Origin: Octopus sinensis | Lineage: Eukaryota | Length of the DNA stretch: 64,000 bases | Assembly (NCBI RefSeq): GCF_006345805.1 | Contig: NC_043010.1 | Location: forward strand, 66,402,001-66,466,000 | Reading direction: 5' to 3' | In this document: one piece after another, positions 1-12,160 of the stretch | How the letters are laid out: every line of letters starts with the position of its first letter | How positions within the stretch are numbered: position 1 is the first letter of the stretch | Program-made: the position numbers and the translations under genes | The notes under the pieces: generated by a model | The model's database searches: none | What the model was told of the DNA's origin: nothing | Seen by the model: the letters and a program-made list of their open reading frames with translations, nothing else

Positions 1-179
1 TTTCTTTCCCCCCTCCCCCCTCTGTTTTTTTTTTTTTTCCTTTCTATATACATATATATATATTTTCTTTTTACAGCTGTTAAGCATTCCTTATTCCTAG
101 GTAACATCTTGTAAGATTATTTTTTTAATTAAAAATTTTCATTCTCAAACTGTTTTGTCTTTTGTTTTTCTTTTCTTTT

Positions 180-395
180 TCTTTTTACTTGTTTCAGTCA
201 TTTGACTGCGGCCATGCTGGAGCACCGCCTTTAGTCGAGCAAATCGACCCCGGGACTTATTCTTTGTAAGCCCAGTACTTATTCTATCGGTCTCTTTTCC
301 CGAACCGTTAAGGGACGGGGACGTAAACACATCAGCATCGGTTCTCAAGCAATGCTAGGGGACAACACAGACCCACAAACATATACACACACACA

Positions 396-481
<86 letters not shown>

Positions 482-647
482 TACGACAGGCTTCTTTCAG
501 TTTCCGTCTACCAAATCTACTCACAAGGCTTTGGTCAGCCCGAGGCTATAGCAGAAGACACTTGTCCAAGATGCCACGCAGTGGGACTGAACCCAGAACC
601 ATGTGGCTGGTTAGCAAGCTACTTACCACACAGCCACTCCTGCGCCT
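180..647 (-). mobile_element. tRNA-derived CORE-type SINE (family A) with internal CA/TA microsatellite
   Basis: Head GGCGCAGGAGTGGCTGTGTGG (A box), B-box-like GGTTCAGTCCC, CORE-like CTTGGGCAAGTGTCTT, tail GACTGAAACAAGTAAAAGA. More than 20 copies in this window. Confidence 0.85.
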
Positions 648-748
648 GTCTGTTTCTTTTTTTTAAGAAAAATGTTATTGGTGTTTCTACGTTTAATAAT
701 TTGAACGGCTGAATAGGGACGGGTAATTTTGGCCTGTCACCACCACCA

Positions 749-960
749 CCATCATCATTTAACGTCTGTTTCCATGCTGGCATGGGTTGGTCGGTTTGAC
801 AGGAATTGACCAGCCAGGGAGCTGTGCAGGCTCCCAGTTGTCTGTTGTGGCCATGCTTTTACTACAGCCAGATGCCCTTCCTAACATCACTGTGTGCTGG
901 ACGCCTACTATGTGCTCCCTGCACGAGTGCATTTTATCTGGTACTAGCAAACTGCAAAGA
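749..960 (-). mobile_element. (GAT)n-tailed retroposon (family C) fragment
   Basis: Shares GCGTTAGGAAGGGCATCC...AACCCATGCTAGCATGGAAA...GATGAT with many copies in the window. Confidence 0.7.
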
Positions 961-1630
961 ACAAATCTGTATGTGTGGAGGACAGTGATTTTACTCAACT
1001 TGACCTGCCTTCTCAAATACAGCAAATTGCCACAACTCCTAGTTCTTTATCTTTTTTTTCCAGTTTTTAAATTTTTAAACATATTTTTAACCACCAAGGA
1101 GTTGAAAGCCTAGTACTTAGCGTTGGGTCAACCAAAGTCTTGTGAATGGGTTTGGTAGAATAACAGGTCCAACTTACACAGAGTTTACACACAAGTACAT
1201 ACATGATGATTGCTTCATCTTGACATGATGGTCTCCCATCAACACACACACAATCATACATACATACATACATTATGGCTGCCCCCTTGTTATCGAGTAT
1301 GGCCATTGCACAAAGCTTATCTGTTACTGGTGCTGTGATCGAATGTGACATACATATATACATACATACATACATACATTCATGAGGGACCATGGCCTTT
1401 CTCTGAGAGTCTCTGACACTGATGGAGGAATGAAAGCGAGAGAGAAAGGCATTATGGAACTAGTAACTAGTATCAGTGGTTGCAGCTGTGAGAACTCTCC
1501 TAAAGACACCCTAAGACATGTACTGCAGAGTTGAATTCAATTGAGCACCGTCTCTCTCTCCCTCCACAGTGTAGGACTCCAGTTGACCTTGCCCCCACCC
1601 AGATTTGTGACTTACGCCAAAGCAAGCAAT

Positions 1631-2414
1631 TTACTCTTTTACTTGTTTGTCATTTGGCTGTGACCATGCTAGAGAGCACTGCCTTGAAGGATTTTAGTCG
1701 AACAAGTCAACCTCCAGGACTCTTGTTTTTTTTTTAAAGCTTAACACTTACTCTTGGTCCTTTTTGGTGAACTGCGAAGTTATGGGAATGTAAACACACC
1801 AACACTGGTTGTCAAGCGGTGATGGGAAAACAAACAAACACACACAGGCATATATATATATAAAATGCGTGGCTGTGTGGTAAGAAGCTTGCTTCCCAAC
1901 CACATGGTTCCAGGTTCAGTCCCGCTGTGTGGCACCTCAGGCAAGTGTCTTCTGCTATAGCGTCGGGCTAATCAAAGCCTTGTGAATGGGTTTGGTAGAC
2001 GGAAACTGAAAGAAGCCCGTCTATATATATATATATATATATGTTTATGTTTGTCCCCAGCCCCACCATCGCTTCACAACCGATGTTGGTGTGATTACAT
2101 CCCCATAATTTGGAGGTTTGGCAGATGAGACCGATAGAATAAATATTAGGCTTACAAAGAATAAGTCATGGGGTCAATTTGTTCGGCTAAAGGCAGTGTT
2201 CCAGCATGGCCGCAATCAAATGACTGCAACAAGTAAAAGAATAGAATAAAATAATACACACACACAATGGGCTTCTTTCAGTTTCCGTCTACCAAATCCA
2301 CTCACAAGGCTTTGATCAACCCGAGTCTATAGCAGAAGACATTTGCCGAAGGTGCCATTCTGTGGGACTGAACCTGGAACCATGTGGTTGGTAAGCAAGC
2401 TTCTTACCATACAG
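1631..2414 (-). mobile_element. Family A SINE with a second, + strand family A copy (about 1866-2255) nested in its central microsatellite
   Basis: The minus-strand tail half (1631-1860) and head half (2255-2414) are separated by a near-complete plus copy. Confidence 0.7.
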
Positions 2415-2530
2415 TCATGTCTGTCAGGTTTTTCTTTTTTCTGCCCTTAGTGGTGCTCTTCAGTTAGACACAGCATGGGTCAGTAATGACTGTGACCTAT
2501 CTTAAGTCAAATCATTATTCAATACACGCC

Positions 2531-2779
2531 CGAAAAGCTCTATTTGCGACGATTTCATCTCAATCGAAGGAGAGGGGCTTTCTCCGTCCGGGTTGCGGAT
2601 CCGTGGAATAAGCTGCCAGACGAGATAGTGAAGATGCCGACGACCGCTCGGTTCAAAGTCTCTCTTGACCAGAAATGGCCTGAACTCTTTGCATGAACAC
2701 TCTCCGTGTACATAACTCCATGTCCCCCTACATGGCCTTGCTTTTTGCTTTTTGAGCCAAAAAATTAACTTAACTTAAC
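2531..2779 (+). mobile_element. CR1-type LINE 3' fragment (ORF2 C-terminus and 3'UTR)
   Basis: Reads FSVRVADPWNKLPDEIVKMPTTARFKVSLDQKWPELFA* with TGA at 2694-2696; ends in an (AACTT)n tail. Confidence 0.75.
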
Positions 2780-3674
2780 GTTTGCTTCCCTGAGACATGT
2801 GTGTGTTTCTGACATGCAAATGAGCCAGCGAGGAGCCCTTACTAAAAATAGCAGCTAAATATACTTCAAGTAACACTTGTGTTCTAAAAAACTGGATGGC
2901 TGCTGGCACTGGTGAGGGGAACCATGTAAAAAAAAAAAAAAAGCCCAGTACACTCTTTAAAATGGTTGGTGTTAAGAAGGGCATCCAGCTATAGAAACCA
3001 GGCCAAAACAGGTGGTGGAAGCTGGTGCATTTCGTGGCCTTGCCAGCTCCTTGTTAAACTGTCTAACCCATGCTAGCATGGAAGTCAGACGTTAAATGAT
3101 GGTGGTGATGATGACTACGTAGGGAAATGTTGATCTTTAAACATTATCTGAAAAGAAAAGATGAATTGGTCACGGCTGGAATGCCTTTACTCACATATGG
3201 CAGCTGTTAGGGTTGACCTGGACTCAAGGAACGGTTTGGTGTTATCGATGTTTTTACGTAGTTTTAACAACAGCACAGAACTGAAGTCTTACATCCGACA
3301 ACACTGAAAATATCTTCTGCAGCGGAAGCCACTAAGTGGCCACATGAACCACTAGAAATAGCAGTCAAGTCTCACTGAAATTGTACCCTATCGTCTGAGA
3401 AAGGACACTGGGGAATGTGATCCTAAGTTCCCTGATCATAGGTAAGAGACAGGATAGCCACGGTTGGAACATTTCATCATAACTCTTGTCAATCAGCACT
3501 GACCTGGAGTTAAACAGTAGCATTTTCTTCCCTTTCACTGGGAAACTACAAGGTTACACGACTGGCGAGAAATAACAGCCAAACTCTCAACACAGTGAAG
3601 AAAGAGGCACTCATTGGGTCACTACATAACGCCACCGTTAACAAAATCTTAGGGTATGCATAGGAAGCCGAGGC

Positions 3675-3855
3675 GGCGGCGAGCTGGCAGTAACGTTAGC
3701 ACACCGGGCGAAACGTCTAGCGGTATTTTGTCTGCTGTTACGTTCTGAGTTCAAATTCCGCCGAGGTCGACTTTGCCTTTCATCCTTTCGGTGTCGATAA
3801 ATTAAGTACCAGTTACGCACAAGGGTCGATGTAATCGACTTAATCCGTTTGTCTG
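3675..3855 (+). mobile_element. tRNA-derived SINE family B, 3' truncated
   Basis: GGCGGCGAGCTGGCAG head; central GAGGTCGACTTTGCCTTTCATCCTTTCGG..TCGATAAATTAAGTACCAG resembles a Meta/Inv-type SINE domain (recalled, unverified). Confidence 0.75.
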
Positions 3856-4035
3856 GTGGAATAGACTGCGCCTATTTTAATCCCGATAAAGATTATGCAT
3901 TTAAAATACAAGTATTTCCGAGATAAAGTAATTGGTTGATCGTAATTAAAATTCAGAGTTGCATCGATACACCAAAATTGGGAGTAATCTGAGCAAAATT
4001 AAGGGGTCTCATTTAATGAATGAGAAAGACTGGAG

Positions 4036-4200
4036 GCGACCCCCTTCGGTCATGATTGACCATAGGATTGCACCTAGAAAGTTACCCTCCGAGGCACAAG
4101 TCCGGGCAAGGTTGTTTGTGTAAGACCGCAGTCGCCCATGCGCTGCAACTTCCCCTCTCTACATCACTGATGTTATCCAAGGCAAAGGCCGATACAGCTA
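4036..4200 (-). mobile_element. SINE family E body fragment (related copies at 22503-22740 and 46575-46870)
   Basis: Shares CCTAGAAAGTTAC...GGCAAGGTTGTTT...GATGTTATCCAAGG with the other two loci. Confidence 0.6.
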
Positions 4201-4442
4201 TATATATATATTTGTATTTTAAATATAAGTATTGCAAATGGTTTAGATATTTTATTTTTCAAATCACTGTCTTCTATATCAGGGTTGGCCAACCCGAGGC
4301 CCTCGATCCGCATGCGGCCCGCAGATTTCTGTCTTGCGGCTCGCTTGATACTTTCTTGAAATGGCTTTATTTAAACAAACATTTGAAAAAAATTTATCAA
4401 GAATTAAAGTTTGTAATGAAAAGTAAAAAAGGAAGATACTTT

Positions 4443-4800
4443 CCAGCCGCATAGTTCCGGGTTCAGTCCCACTGCGTGGCACCTTGGGAAAGTGTTTTCT
4501 ACTATAGCCTCGGGCCGACCAAAGACTTGTGAGTGGATTTGATAGACGGAAACTGAAAGAAGCCCATCGAATATATGTAAGTGTGTGTGTGTGTGTGTGT
4601 CTGTTTGTCGCCCCACCGTTGCTTGACAACAAATGTTGGTGTGTTTACGCCCCCGTAACTTAGCGGTTCGGCAAAAGAGACCGATAGAATAAGTACAGGC
4701 TTAGGAACAATTAAGACCTGGGGTCGTTTTGCTCGACTAAAGGCGGTGCTCCAGCATGGCCGCAATCAACTGACTGAAACAAGTAAAAGAATAGAATACT
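4443..4800 (+). mobile_element. Family A SINE, 5' truncated
   Basis: Matches the family A body and tail. Confidence 0.8.
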
Positions 4801-4961
4801 GTTTTTCCTATGATAATATTTTATGCTGAATGAACGACCATTCATTCGTGACACGAGAAAGCGAAATGCTTTCAATTCTATTAGTATACAAGCGGTCTCC
4901 AAAAGACTTCCTGTGATTAAACTGGCCCGCTATGTAATTCCGAGTTGGCCAGGCCTGTTCT

Positions 4962-5830
4962 ATACCTATTTCTTTATTAGCCACAAGGGGCTAAACATAG
5001 AGGGGACAAACAAGGACAGACATAGGTATTAAGTCGATTACATCGACCTCAGTGCGTAACTGGTACTTTAATTTATCGACCCCGAAAGGATGAAAGGCAA
5101 AGTCGACCTCGGCGGAATTTGAACTCACAACGTAACGGCAGACGAAATACCTATTTCTGTACTACCCAGAAGGGGCTAAACATAGAGGGGACAAACAAGG
5201 ACAGACAAACGGATTAAGTCGATTATATCGACCCCAGTGCGTAACTGGTACTTAATTTATCGACCCCGAAAGGATGAAAGGCAAAGTCGACCTCGGCGGA
5301 ATTTGAACTCACAACGTAACGGCAGACGAAATACCGCTAAGCATAAAGGATGAAAGGCAAAGTCGACCTCGGCGGAATTTGAACTCACAACGTAACGGCA
5401 GACGAAATACCTATTTCTTTATTACCCACAAGGGGCTAAACACAGAGGGAACAAACAAGGACAGACATAGGTATTAAGTCGATTACATCGACCTCAGTGC
5501 GTAACTGGTACTTTAATTTATCGACCCCGAAATGATGAAAGGCAAAGTCGACTTCGGCGGAATTTGAACTCACAACATAACGGCAGACGAAATACCTATT
5601 TCTTTTCTGCCCTCAAAGGGTTAAACACAGAGAGGACAAACAAGGACAGACAAACGGATTAAGTCAATTATATCGACCCCAGTGCGTAACTGGTACTTAT
5701 TTAATCGACCCCGAAAGGATGAAAGGCAAAGTCGACCTCGGCGGAATTTGAACTCAGAACGTAACGGCAGACGAAATACCGCTAAGCATTTCGCCCGGCG
5801 CGCTAACGTTTCTGCCAGCTCGCCGACCTT
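4962..5830 (-). mobile_element. Family B SINE head-to-tail concatemer (4 bodies, 1 partial, 1 head)
   Basis: About 185-bp bodies; ATACC junction motif at 4962, 5147, 5331, 5407, 5592 and 5776. Confidence 0.85.
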
Positions 5831-6137
5831 CGTTCTGATTTCGCCATTTGTCGCTCTTTAACGATGTCACGACGTCTCTCAAGGGACACTATCGCTCACG
5901 TTGAGAATCACTTGTCTAATAGTATCCCCAAAAAAATGGAGTTGCCTCCCCTGTTTTTGTTTTTAAACTTTCCAGACGTTTCTCCTGACTCAAAATTTCT
6001 TTTTACAAGGTAGAAGGGTCAATGCAAGTCTTCAGAAAATAACACTTGCCCAAGATGACACGCAGTGGGATCGAAACCGAGACGTTGTGGAGCTAACTTC
6101 TAACCCATTCGGCCACACTGTACTCAAAATCCTGAAT

Positions 6138-6337
6138 ACTCTCTTTACTCTTTTACTTGTTTCAGTCACTTGACTGTGGCCATCCTGGAGCACCGCCTTT
6201 AGCCGATCAAATCGACCCCAGGACTTATTATTTGTAAGCCTAGTACTTATTCTATCGGTCTCTTTTGCCGAACCGCTAAGTTACGGGGACGTAAACACAC
6301 CAGTATCGGTTGTCAAGTGATGTTGGGGGGGGGGGGG

Positions 6338-6372
<35 letters not shown>

Positions 6373-6538
6373 CGACGGGCTTCTTTCAGTTTCCGTCTTC
6401 CAAATCCACTCACAAGGCTTTGGTCGGCCCGAGGCTATAGTAGAAGACACTTGCCCAAGGTGCCACGCAGTGGGACTGAACCCGGAACCATGTGGTTGGT
6501 AAGCAAGCTACATACCACACAGCTCACTCCTGCGCCTA
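6138..6538 (-). mobile_element. Family A SINE, full length
   Basis: Complete head, core, microsatellite and tail. Confidence 0.85.
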
Positions 6539-6754
6539 TCTAAATCAAAAATAGAATTCCACAGTTGTAGCAGACCTGGGGCTAAACAGCCACAGCTAAT
6601 AGTTTCAACCGAGATAGAAGACCGCGGAAAAGATTGATTTTGATTTCACCGTAACATCACTAAAAAAGATGACGATTTGACAGAATCGTTAGAGTGGTGG
6701 TTTCAGTAGAAGAGAATATGTATTTGTGAGCGTATACGTTTTTGTTTGTGTCTC

Positions 6755-6954
6755 TTTTACTTGTTGCAGTCATTTGACTGTGGCCATGCTGGAGCACCGC
6801 TTTTAGTCGAGCAAATCGACCCCAGGACTTATTCTTTGGAAGTCTAGTACTTATTCTATCGTTGTCTTATGCCGAACCGCTAAGTTACGGGGACGTAAAC
6901 GCACCAGCATCGGATGTCAAGTGATGGGGGGGGACAGACACACAACATCACACA

Positions 6955-6988
<34 letters not shown>

Positions 6989-7206
6989 ACACACACACAC
7001 ACACACACACCCAACACACAACACAACCACACATATATATATATATATATATACGACGGGCTTCCTTCAGTTTCCGTCTACCAAATCCACTCACAAGGCT
7101 TTGGTCGGCCCGAGGCTATAGTATAAGACACTTGCCCCTGGTGCCACGCAGTGGGACTGAACCCGGAACTTTGTGGTTGGGAAGCAAGCTGCTTACCACA
7201 CAGCCA
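6755..7206 (-). mobile_element. Family A SINE
   Basis: Near complete copy. Confidence 0.8.
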
Positions 7207-7405
7207 TCATCTGAAAGTCTCCACCTTTTGCTTCCTCTCGTTTTGTCTTTGTACGTATTTGTATGTATGTATGTATGTGTATATAACTGTATGTATGTGT
7301 ATGTGTGTATATTTCTGTGTACGTGTATGTATGCATTTAAGTATAATTACTCCTATATTCGTATCTATTTAGATGTGCTCATGTATGTATGCAAATATAT
7401 GGATA

Positions 7406-7436
<31 letters not shown>

Positions 7437-7873
7437 GTATGTATATGTATGTATGGATGGATCTCCGTCATTTGATGTCGAGGATTCATTTGTTCGATCA
7501 ACTCCAGAGCAAAGATGAAAGAAAGATAAGCGAATAAAATCGTATATAAATGATTTTTCGATGCAAAGAAAGAAAATCGCATTATATTCGAGATCACATT
7601 CTATTCACAGAAATGTGGTGATACTGTAATAAGAAGTGGGGTCGATTCATTCGACAAATGAAAGCACCTCAAATCTGTGCCCCAGCTCGGCCGCAGTCTA
7701 ATGGATGAAAACAAAAAAGATACAAGATATATACTGGAACGTTGTCCCCAGTATAAAGAAAGAGTCTTTTGCTAATGTGTTTTTTCCACTGCTTGAAATT
7801 TCACCAGAATATTTTCAATAAATAATAAGTACTAGGCTTACAAAGAATAAGTCCTGGGGTCGATTTATATATA

Positions 7874-8256
7874 ACTAGCAGTATCGCCCGGCGTTGCTCG
7901 GGTTTGTAAGGGAAATAACTATATAAGCATGTTTAGAGAGTTATAGCCAAAAAATCGCAAAAAATGCATTAAAAATGGAAAAAAACGATGGTAAATTTTT
8001 TTAAATCGTTGACTCATCGTAGACATTTTTAGAGAGTTACTTCCCTTATATAATAGCGAAAAAATACATTAAAATGGAAAAAAACGATGGTAAATTTTTT
8101 TTTAAATCGTAGACTCATCATAGACGCGCGCTAATACCCAGAAGGGCTCGATATGAATCACGACTATAAGATACCCGGTTTTGGTTAAACTGCACCGAAA
8201 AATGTGGGAGTAGTTAGGAATCTAAATCGTAGGAGACAGACACACAACTTCACTTA
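7874..8256 (+). mobile_element. Non-autonomous Helitron/Helentron (HINE/DINE-like) element
   Basis: 5' ACTAGCAGTATCGCCCGGCGTTGCTCGGG stem-loop, an internal tandem duplication, and a 3' GACAGACACACAAC..TTATA end. The classification is recalled. Confidence 0.55.
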
Positions 8257-9000
8257 TACAGTGCTCAGGTGCACCACAACTTGTCAGAAAGTGCGTATAA
8301 AGTGTATGCAGTAATGTACAAATGTCTGGAAAGCGAACAATGTATGAGTCAGATACATGCTTGTGTGTGTATGGAGGAGAGGAAATCAGGTGTAGTGTTG
8401 GCGAATTTCAGAAAGCATGGAAGTTTTGAAGGATGCAGTGCTCCGACAACTAACAACCGATGCCGGCAGTTTGTTCCATGCTTCAGCAACTCTCAGCGTG
8501 AAAAAATGTTTCCTGAAGTCATGGGAGCTGTGCTGTTTTCTGATTCTGTAAATATGTTCACGGGTGTTAGACGGGTGGAGTTTGAAAAGGTGCTCAGAGT
8601 TATTGTTTGTAAGATGGTTGATAATGTTATGGGTGTCTGCCAAGTCAGCTGCCAGACGTCGGAGTTTCAATGTGTCCATGCCCAGGGAAGTAAGGCGTTC
8701 AGAATATGGCAGATGCCTGATGGAGGGTATTCTTTTGGTTGCGCATCGCTGAACGGCTTCCAGACGATTGATATCCCGGGCAAGATAGGGGTTCCAGACC
8801 GGTGATGCAAATTCCAGGTGAGGTCTTACCATAGCTGTATAAAGCCGCAGATAGATAGTCGGAGAGCGGCTCACAAAGGTTGTGTGTGAGTGATGCCAAG
8901 ACACCCTCAGCCTTCTTGACATTTTAGCGATGTGTTTTGTCCAACGCAAATCACCGTCGTCAATAACACCCAGGTCACGTTCACACGAAGACTTTTTGAG
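8255..9000 (-). mobile_element. CR1/L2-type LINE, 5'-truncated RT C-terminus plus 3'UTR
   Basis: ORF 8386-9084 contains RDLGV, LYTAMVRPHLEFASPVWNPY, LEAVQRCATK, YSERL..LG..TL..RR, FFTLRVAEAWNKLP. No internal stops. Confidence 0.9.
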
Positions 9001-9104
9001 ATTTGTTCGACTAAATCGGTGCTCCAGCATGGTCGCTGTCAAATGACTGAAACAGGTAAAAGAATAAAAGAATAACAGGTCCAACTTACACAGAGTTTAC
9101 ACAC

Positions 9105-9668
9105 AAGTACATACATGCATGCACAAATACATACATACATTCATACACGTACACGCACACATACATAGATGATGATTGCTTCATCTTGACATGATGGTCT
9201 CCCATCAACACACACACAATCATACATACATACACACATATACACATACACACATACATATACACATACATACATACATACACACACACATACATACACA
9301 CATACATACATATACACATACATAACACATACATATACACACATACATATACACATACATACATACATACACACATACATACACACATGTATGCATACAT
9401 ACATACACACATACATACATACATACACACATACATATACACATACATACATACATACACACATACATACATACATACACACATACATACACATATACAT
9501 ATACACATACATACACACATACATACATACATACATATACACATACATACATACATGCATACACACATGCATACATACATACATACACACATATATACAC
9601 ATACATACATACATACATACATACATCCATACACACACACATACACATATACATACATGCATACATAC
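9105..9668. repeat. (ACAT)n/(AC)n compound microsatellite
   Basis: Visible repeat; source of the spurious HTYI and MYVC ORFs. Confidence 0.95.
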
Positions 9669-9736
9669 AATTCCCACCGCATTCATAACCCCCATCTAAA
9701 TATCACAAGAGTTACGCCCCCTTCAGCAGTTTCTCA

Positions 9737-9766
9737 TGACGTCAGGTCACGTGGGCAAAATTTAAA
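9737..9766 (+). promoter_or_regulatory. Candidate proximal promoter motif cluster (CRE, E-box, CHR-like)
   Basis: TGACGTCA 9737-9744, GTCACGTG 9746-9753 and TTTAAA 9761-9766 lie in a unique-sequence island about 300 bp upstream of the ATG. Confidence 0.45.
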
Positions 9767-10061
9767 GTAGAAAGCGGGTACAAAAATAGCAACAGTTATC
9801 ACAAGTGTTAGCGACTTTCAGACATCAACAGTAGCAACATCTTCATCGGCCGGCAGTAGCAAATACAAACATCAAAACAGGCCACAACCAATTAAACTTT
9901 TAACGACAGTCGGTGCTTCATCATTACATAGACACACCGACAGAGGAGGAAACAACCAATTAATACGACTTAAAGTCTTCTGTTTTTTTCTTCAATGGTT
10001 TTATAGAAATTCGCAACATCCTTTAATTTTTCGTCTCTGAACTTTTCGATTAGACATCATA

Positions 10062-10214
10062 ATGTCTGTAATTGAATACGTGAAAGATATTCGCGAGGTG
10101 ATACATGTCGATTCGGTGAACAACTTACATGCGTTGATCGTGGAGGAGCTTCGCAAGGCGGGTGTGAAAATACCTTTTGGTATTGATCAGGGCTGTATGA
10201 GGGCCCCTTTAGCG
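10062..10214 (+). CDS. ARHGAP11A: Coding exon 1 (MSVIEY...LHALIVEELRKAGVKIP...APLA)
   Basis: ATG at 10062, donor GCG|gtcagt, phase 0. The LIVEELRKAGVKI segment resembles the ARHGAP11A N-terminal helix. ttttatag at 10006 could be a 5'UTR acceptor (unresolved). Confidence 0.75.
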
Positions 10215-10288
10215 GTCAGTACTATTTTTTGTTTTCTCTCCTTTTTCATGCATCAATAAACTTTTGTTTCTTCTAACACTTCTTTCGA

Positions 10289-10880
10289 ACGAGAGGGTGT
10301 GTGTTTGTGACTGTATATGTGTGCTTGTGCTACGGTCTGTTTGTGTATATGTCTGTGTATGTGTGTGTGTTTGTGTGTACGTATGTGTGTGTATGCTTGT
10401 ATGTCTATGTGTGTATGCTTGTATGTCTGTTTGTGTGTGTATGCTTGTATGTCTATGTGTGTATGCTTGTATGTCTGTTTGTGTGTGTATGCTTGTATGT
10501 CTATGTGTGTATGCTTGTATGTCTGTTTGTGTGTGTATGCTTGTATGTCTATGTGTGTATGCTTGTATGTCTGTTTGTGTGTGTATGCTTGTATTTGTGT
10601 GTGTATGTCTGTGTGTATGCTTGTATGTCTGTGTTTGTGTGTATGCTTGTATGTGTGTGTATGCTTGTATGTCTGTGTTTGTGTGTATGCTTGTATGTGT
10701 GTGTATGCTTGCATGTCTGTGTGTATGCTTGTATGTCTGTGTTTGTGTTTGTGTGTATGCTTGTGTGTATGTATGTGTGTGTTTGTGTGTATGCTTGTAT
10801 GTGTGTGTATGCTTGCATGTATGTATGTGTATGCTTGTATGTCTGTGTGTTTGTGTGTATGCTTGTATGTCTGTGTGTGC
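10289..10880. repeat. TG-rich minisatellite (GTGTGTATGCTTGTATGTCT-type units)
   Basis: Visible repeat starting about 75 nt after the exon 1 donor. Confidence 0.95.
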
Positions 10881-11574
10881 TACTGTTTATCCTGTGGCCT
10901 TTACACGAAAGCAAACAAGAAGAAAAAAAAATCTCGACAGATGTTGATCAAAAATTGTAACTTAACTTTTTATATAATTAAATATGGAAGAAGAAGATTA
11001 ACGAAGGATGTTAGAAGATTAATGAAGATAAATCTGGGGACGGTCTTTCGTAAAAACAAGCAAAATCTTTTGAATAAAAACATCAAAAGCAAACGAAATT
11101 ACATGTCAAAACCGTTTAATTAATGCTTATAAAAAACATTCAAACTGATCGAACACATACACACACACACACATGCATGCATGCAGATGTATACACATAC
11201 GTTCTTTTGGGAAATGCATGTACACCAATTAATGAAAAATAAACAAGGAAAACAATTACAGAAATACTGTTATATTTGAAATCCTGGCATACGTGATATA
11301 AATGTATATGAGATGTCGGAAAGGTGTGAGGCACGGAACGTTATACACCCTCCTTTGTTTCTGTGTATGTGTGTATTTGTGTGTGTGTGTGTGTGTGTGT
11401 GTGTTCGTATTCCTTCGAAGTTGCTCAAAGTTTGAAACTTATAATCGACAAATTGTAAAAAACCATAAGATATATTGAATTATTTTTCTCCAGTTTTTTG
11501 CAATAGAACGTGTTTGTGTGTATGTATGGTTGTGTGTATATATTATACAGACAGACAGACACACACACATATGT

Positions 11575-11595
11575 ATGTATATCTATGTACATTTA

Positions 11596-11640
<45 letters not shown>

Positions 11641-11681
11641 ATATATATATATATATATCTATATATATATATTATATATAT

Positions 11682-11720
<39 letters not shown>

Positions 11721-11807
11721 TATATTATATATATTAATATATATATAATATATATATATATATAGATATATTATATATATATATATATTATATATAATAT
11801 ATATATA

Positions 11808-11849
<42 letters not shown>

Positions 11850-11856
11850 TATATTA

Positions 11857-11901
<45 letters not shown>

Positions 11902-12160
11902 TATATATATATATATTATTATATATAGATATATATATATATATTATATATATATATATAATTATATATATATATATATTATATATATTATATATTATAT
12001 ATATATATATTATATTATATATATATTATAGATATATATATATATTATATATATTATATATATTATATATATATTATATATATATTATATATAATATATA
12101 TTATATATATATATTATTATATATATATAGAATCAATCAATCAATCAATCATATATATAT
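11575..12160. repeat. Interrupted (TA)n/(TATATTA)n tract
   Basis: Visible repeat. Confidence 0.95.

Noticed and set aside
6310-6543. Recurrent peptide YIRRASFSFRLPNPLTRLWSARGYSRRHLPKVPRSG in many ORFs
   Set aside because: It is an antisense translation of family A SINE copies, not a gene family.
8269-8805. 178-aa + strand ORF
   Set aside because: It is the antisense shadow of the CR1-type RT frame.
9086-11123. Long ORFs of 100-268 aa (MYVC, HTYI, CVCL)
   Set aside because: These are translations of microsatellites. The same applies to ORFs around 25451, 26811, 39102-40971, 49340, 53326 and 60016.
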